The notes under the pieces: model-generated
Database searches by the model: none
The model's input: only the letters and a program-made list of their open reading frames with translations
What the model was told of the DNA's origin: nothing
Position numbers and translations under genes: made by a program
Shown: in pieces, positions 24,575-24,710 of the stretch
Layout of the letters: every line of letters begins with the position of its first letter
How positions within the stretch are numbered: position 1 is the first letter of the stretch
From: a virus
Taxonomy: Duplodnaviria; Caudoviricetes
DNA: 24,710 nucleotides
Direction: 5' to 3' (one strand)
IMG/VR virus record: IMGVR_UViG_3300035139_000043
Coordinates: 1 to 24,710 of that record

Positions 24575-24710
24575 TTGGGTAAACTAAAACCACCAGTATT
24601 AACATCTTCACGTATTTGTGATGCTTCACGTGTAGCTATTGCTGCTGATGATACACCAGTAAAAAAACAGAATTGGGAAAATGAATTTATTTTATGTACT
24701 CAAATTGAAG
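24575..24710 (+). CDS. 5' part of the next ORF (partial), MGKLKPPVLTSSRICDASRVAIAADDTPV...
   Basis: TTG directly after the upstream TAA, AAGGTGG SD, open to the window end. Confidence 0.65.
   Translation, partial: MGKLKPPVLTSSRICDASRVAIAADDTPVKKQNWENEFILCTQIE

Larger units (their letters stand above)
1..24710 (+). mobile_element. Tailed phage/prophage virion morphogenesis and lysis region (siphovirus-type)
   Basis: Co-oriented, tightly packed terminase-portal-protease-capsid-neck-tail tube-chaperone-tape measure-Dit-Tal-fibre-lysis genes. No sheath gene seen. No integrase, att site or host gene in the window, so phage vs prophage cannot be decided. Confidence 0.97.

Noticed and set aside
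1-24710. Stop-codon reassignment, CRISPR array, tRNA, intron or intein
   Set aside because: Genes are full length in the standard code and end in TAA, TGA and TAG; intergenic gaps are too short for arrays; no cloverleaf or intein motifs were noticed.

Overview
This window is an AT-rich segment of a tailed dsDNA phage or prophage (Caudoviricetes, siphovirus-type), with every credible gene on the + strand. It opens with a stand-alone gene for a putative winged-helix protein, which has its own promoter and terminator. The virion operon follows. The head module has TerS, TerL, portal, two small ORFs, a prohead protease with a nested scaffold start, a decoration protein, the major capsid protein, head-tail joining genes and a displaced minor head protein. 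The tail module has a tail tube with an Ig-like domain, a G/GT chaperone with a -1 slippery site, tape measure, Dit, a Tal with nested CBM-like domains, and three fibre/RBP genes sharing an N-terminal anchor. Next come a lysis cassette and the start of a second structural module. Most notable: (i) the lysis cassette has no classical endolysin; a DUF261-like Cys-His-Asn protein occupies that slot, followed by two almost fully overlapping coiled-coil membrane proteins and an internally duplicated holin-like protein; (ii) TerL has altered Walker A and Walker B motifs; (iii) an (I/V)-Q-A motif recurs at plausible maturation sites of head proteins; (iv) a 218-nt dual-coded overlap lies at the start of the protease gene. 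All family calls come from motif recognition and synteny; no database search was run.
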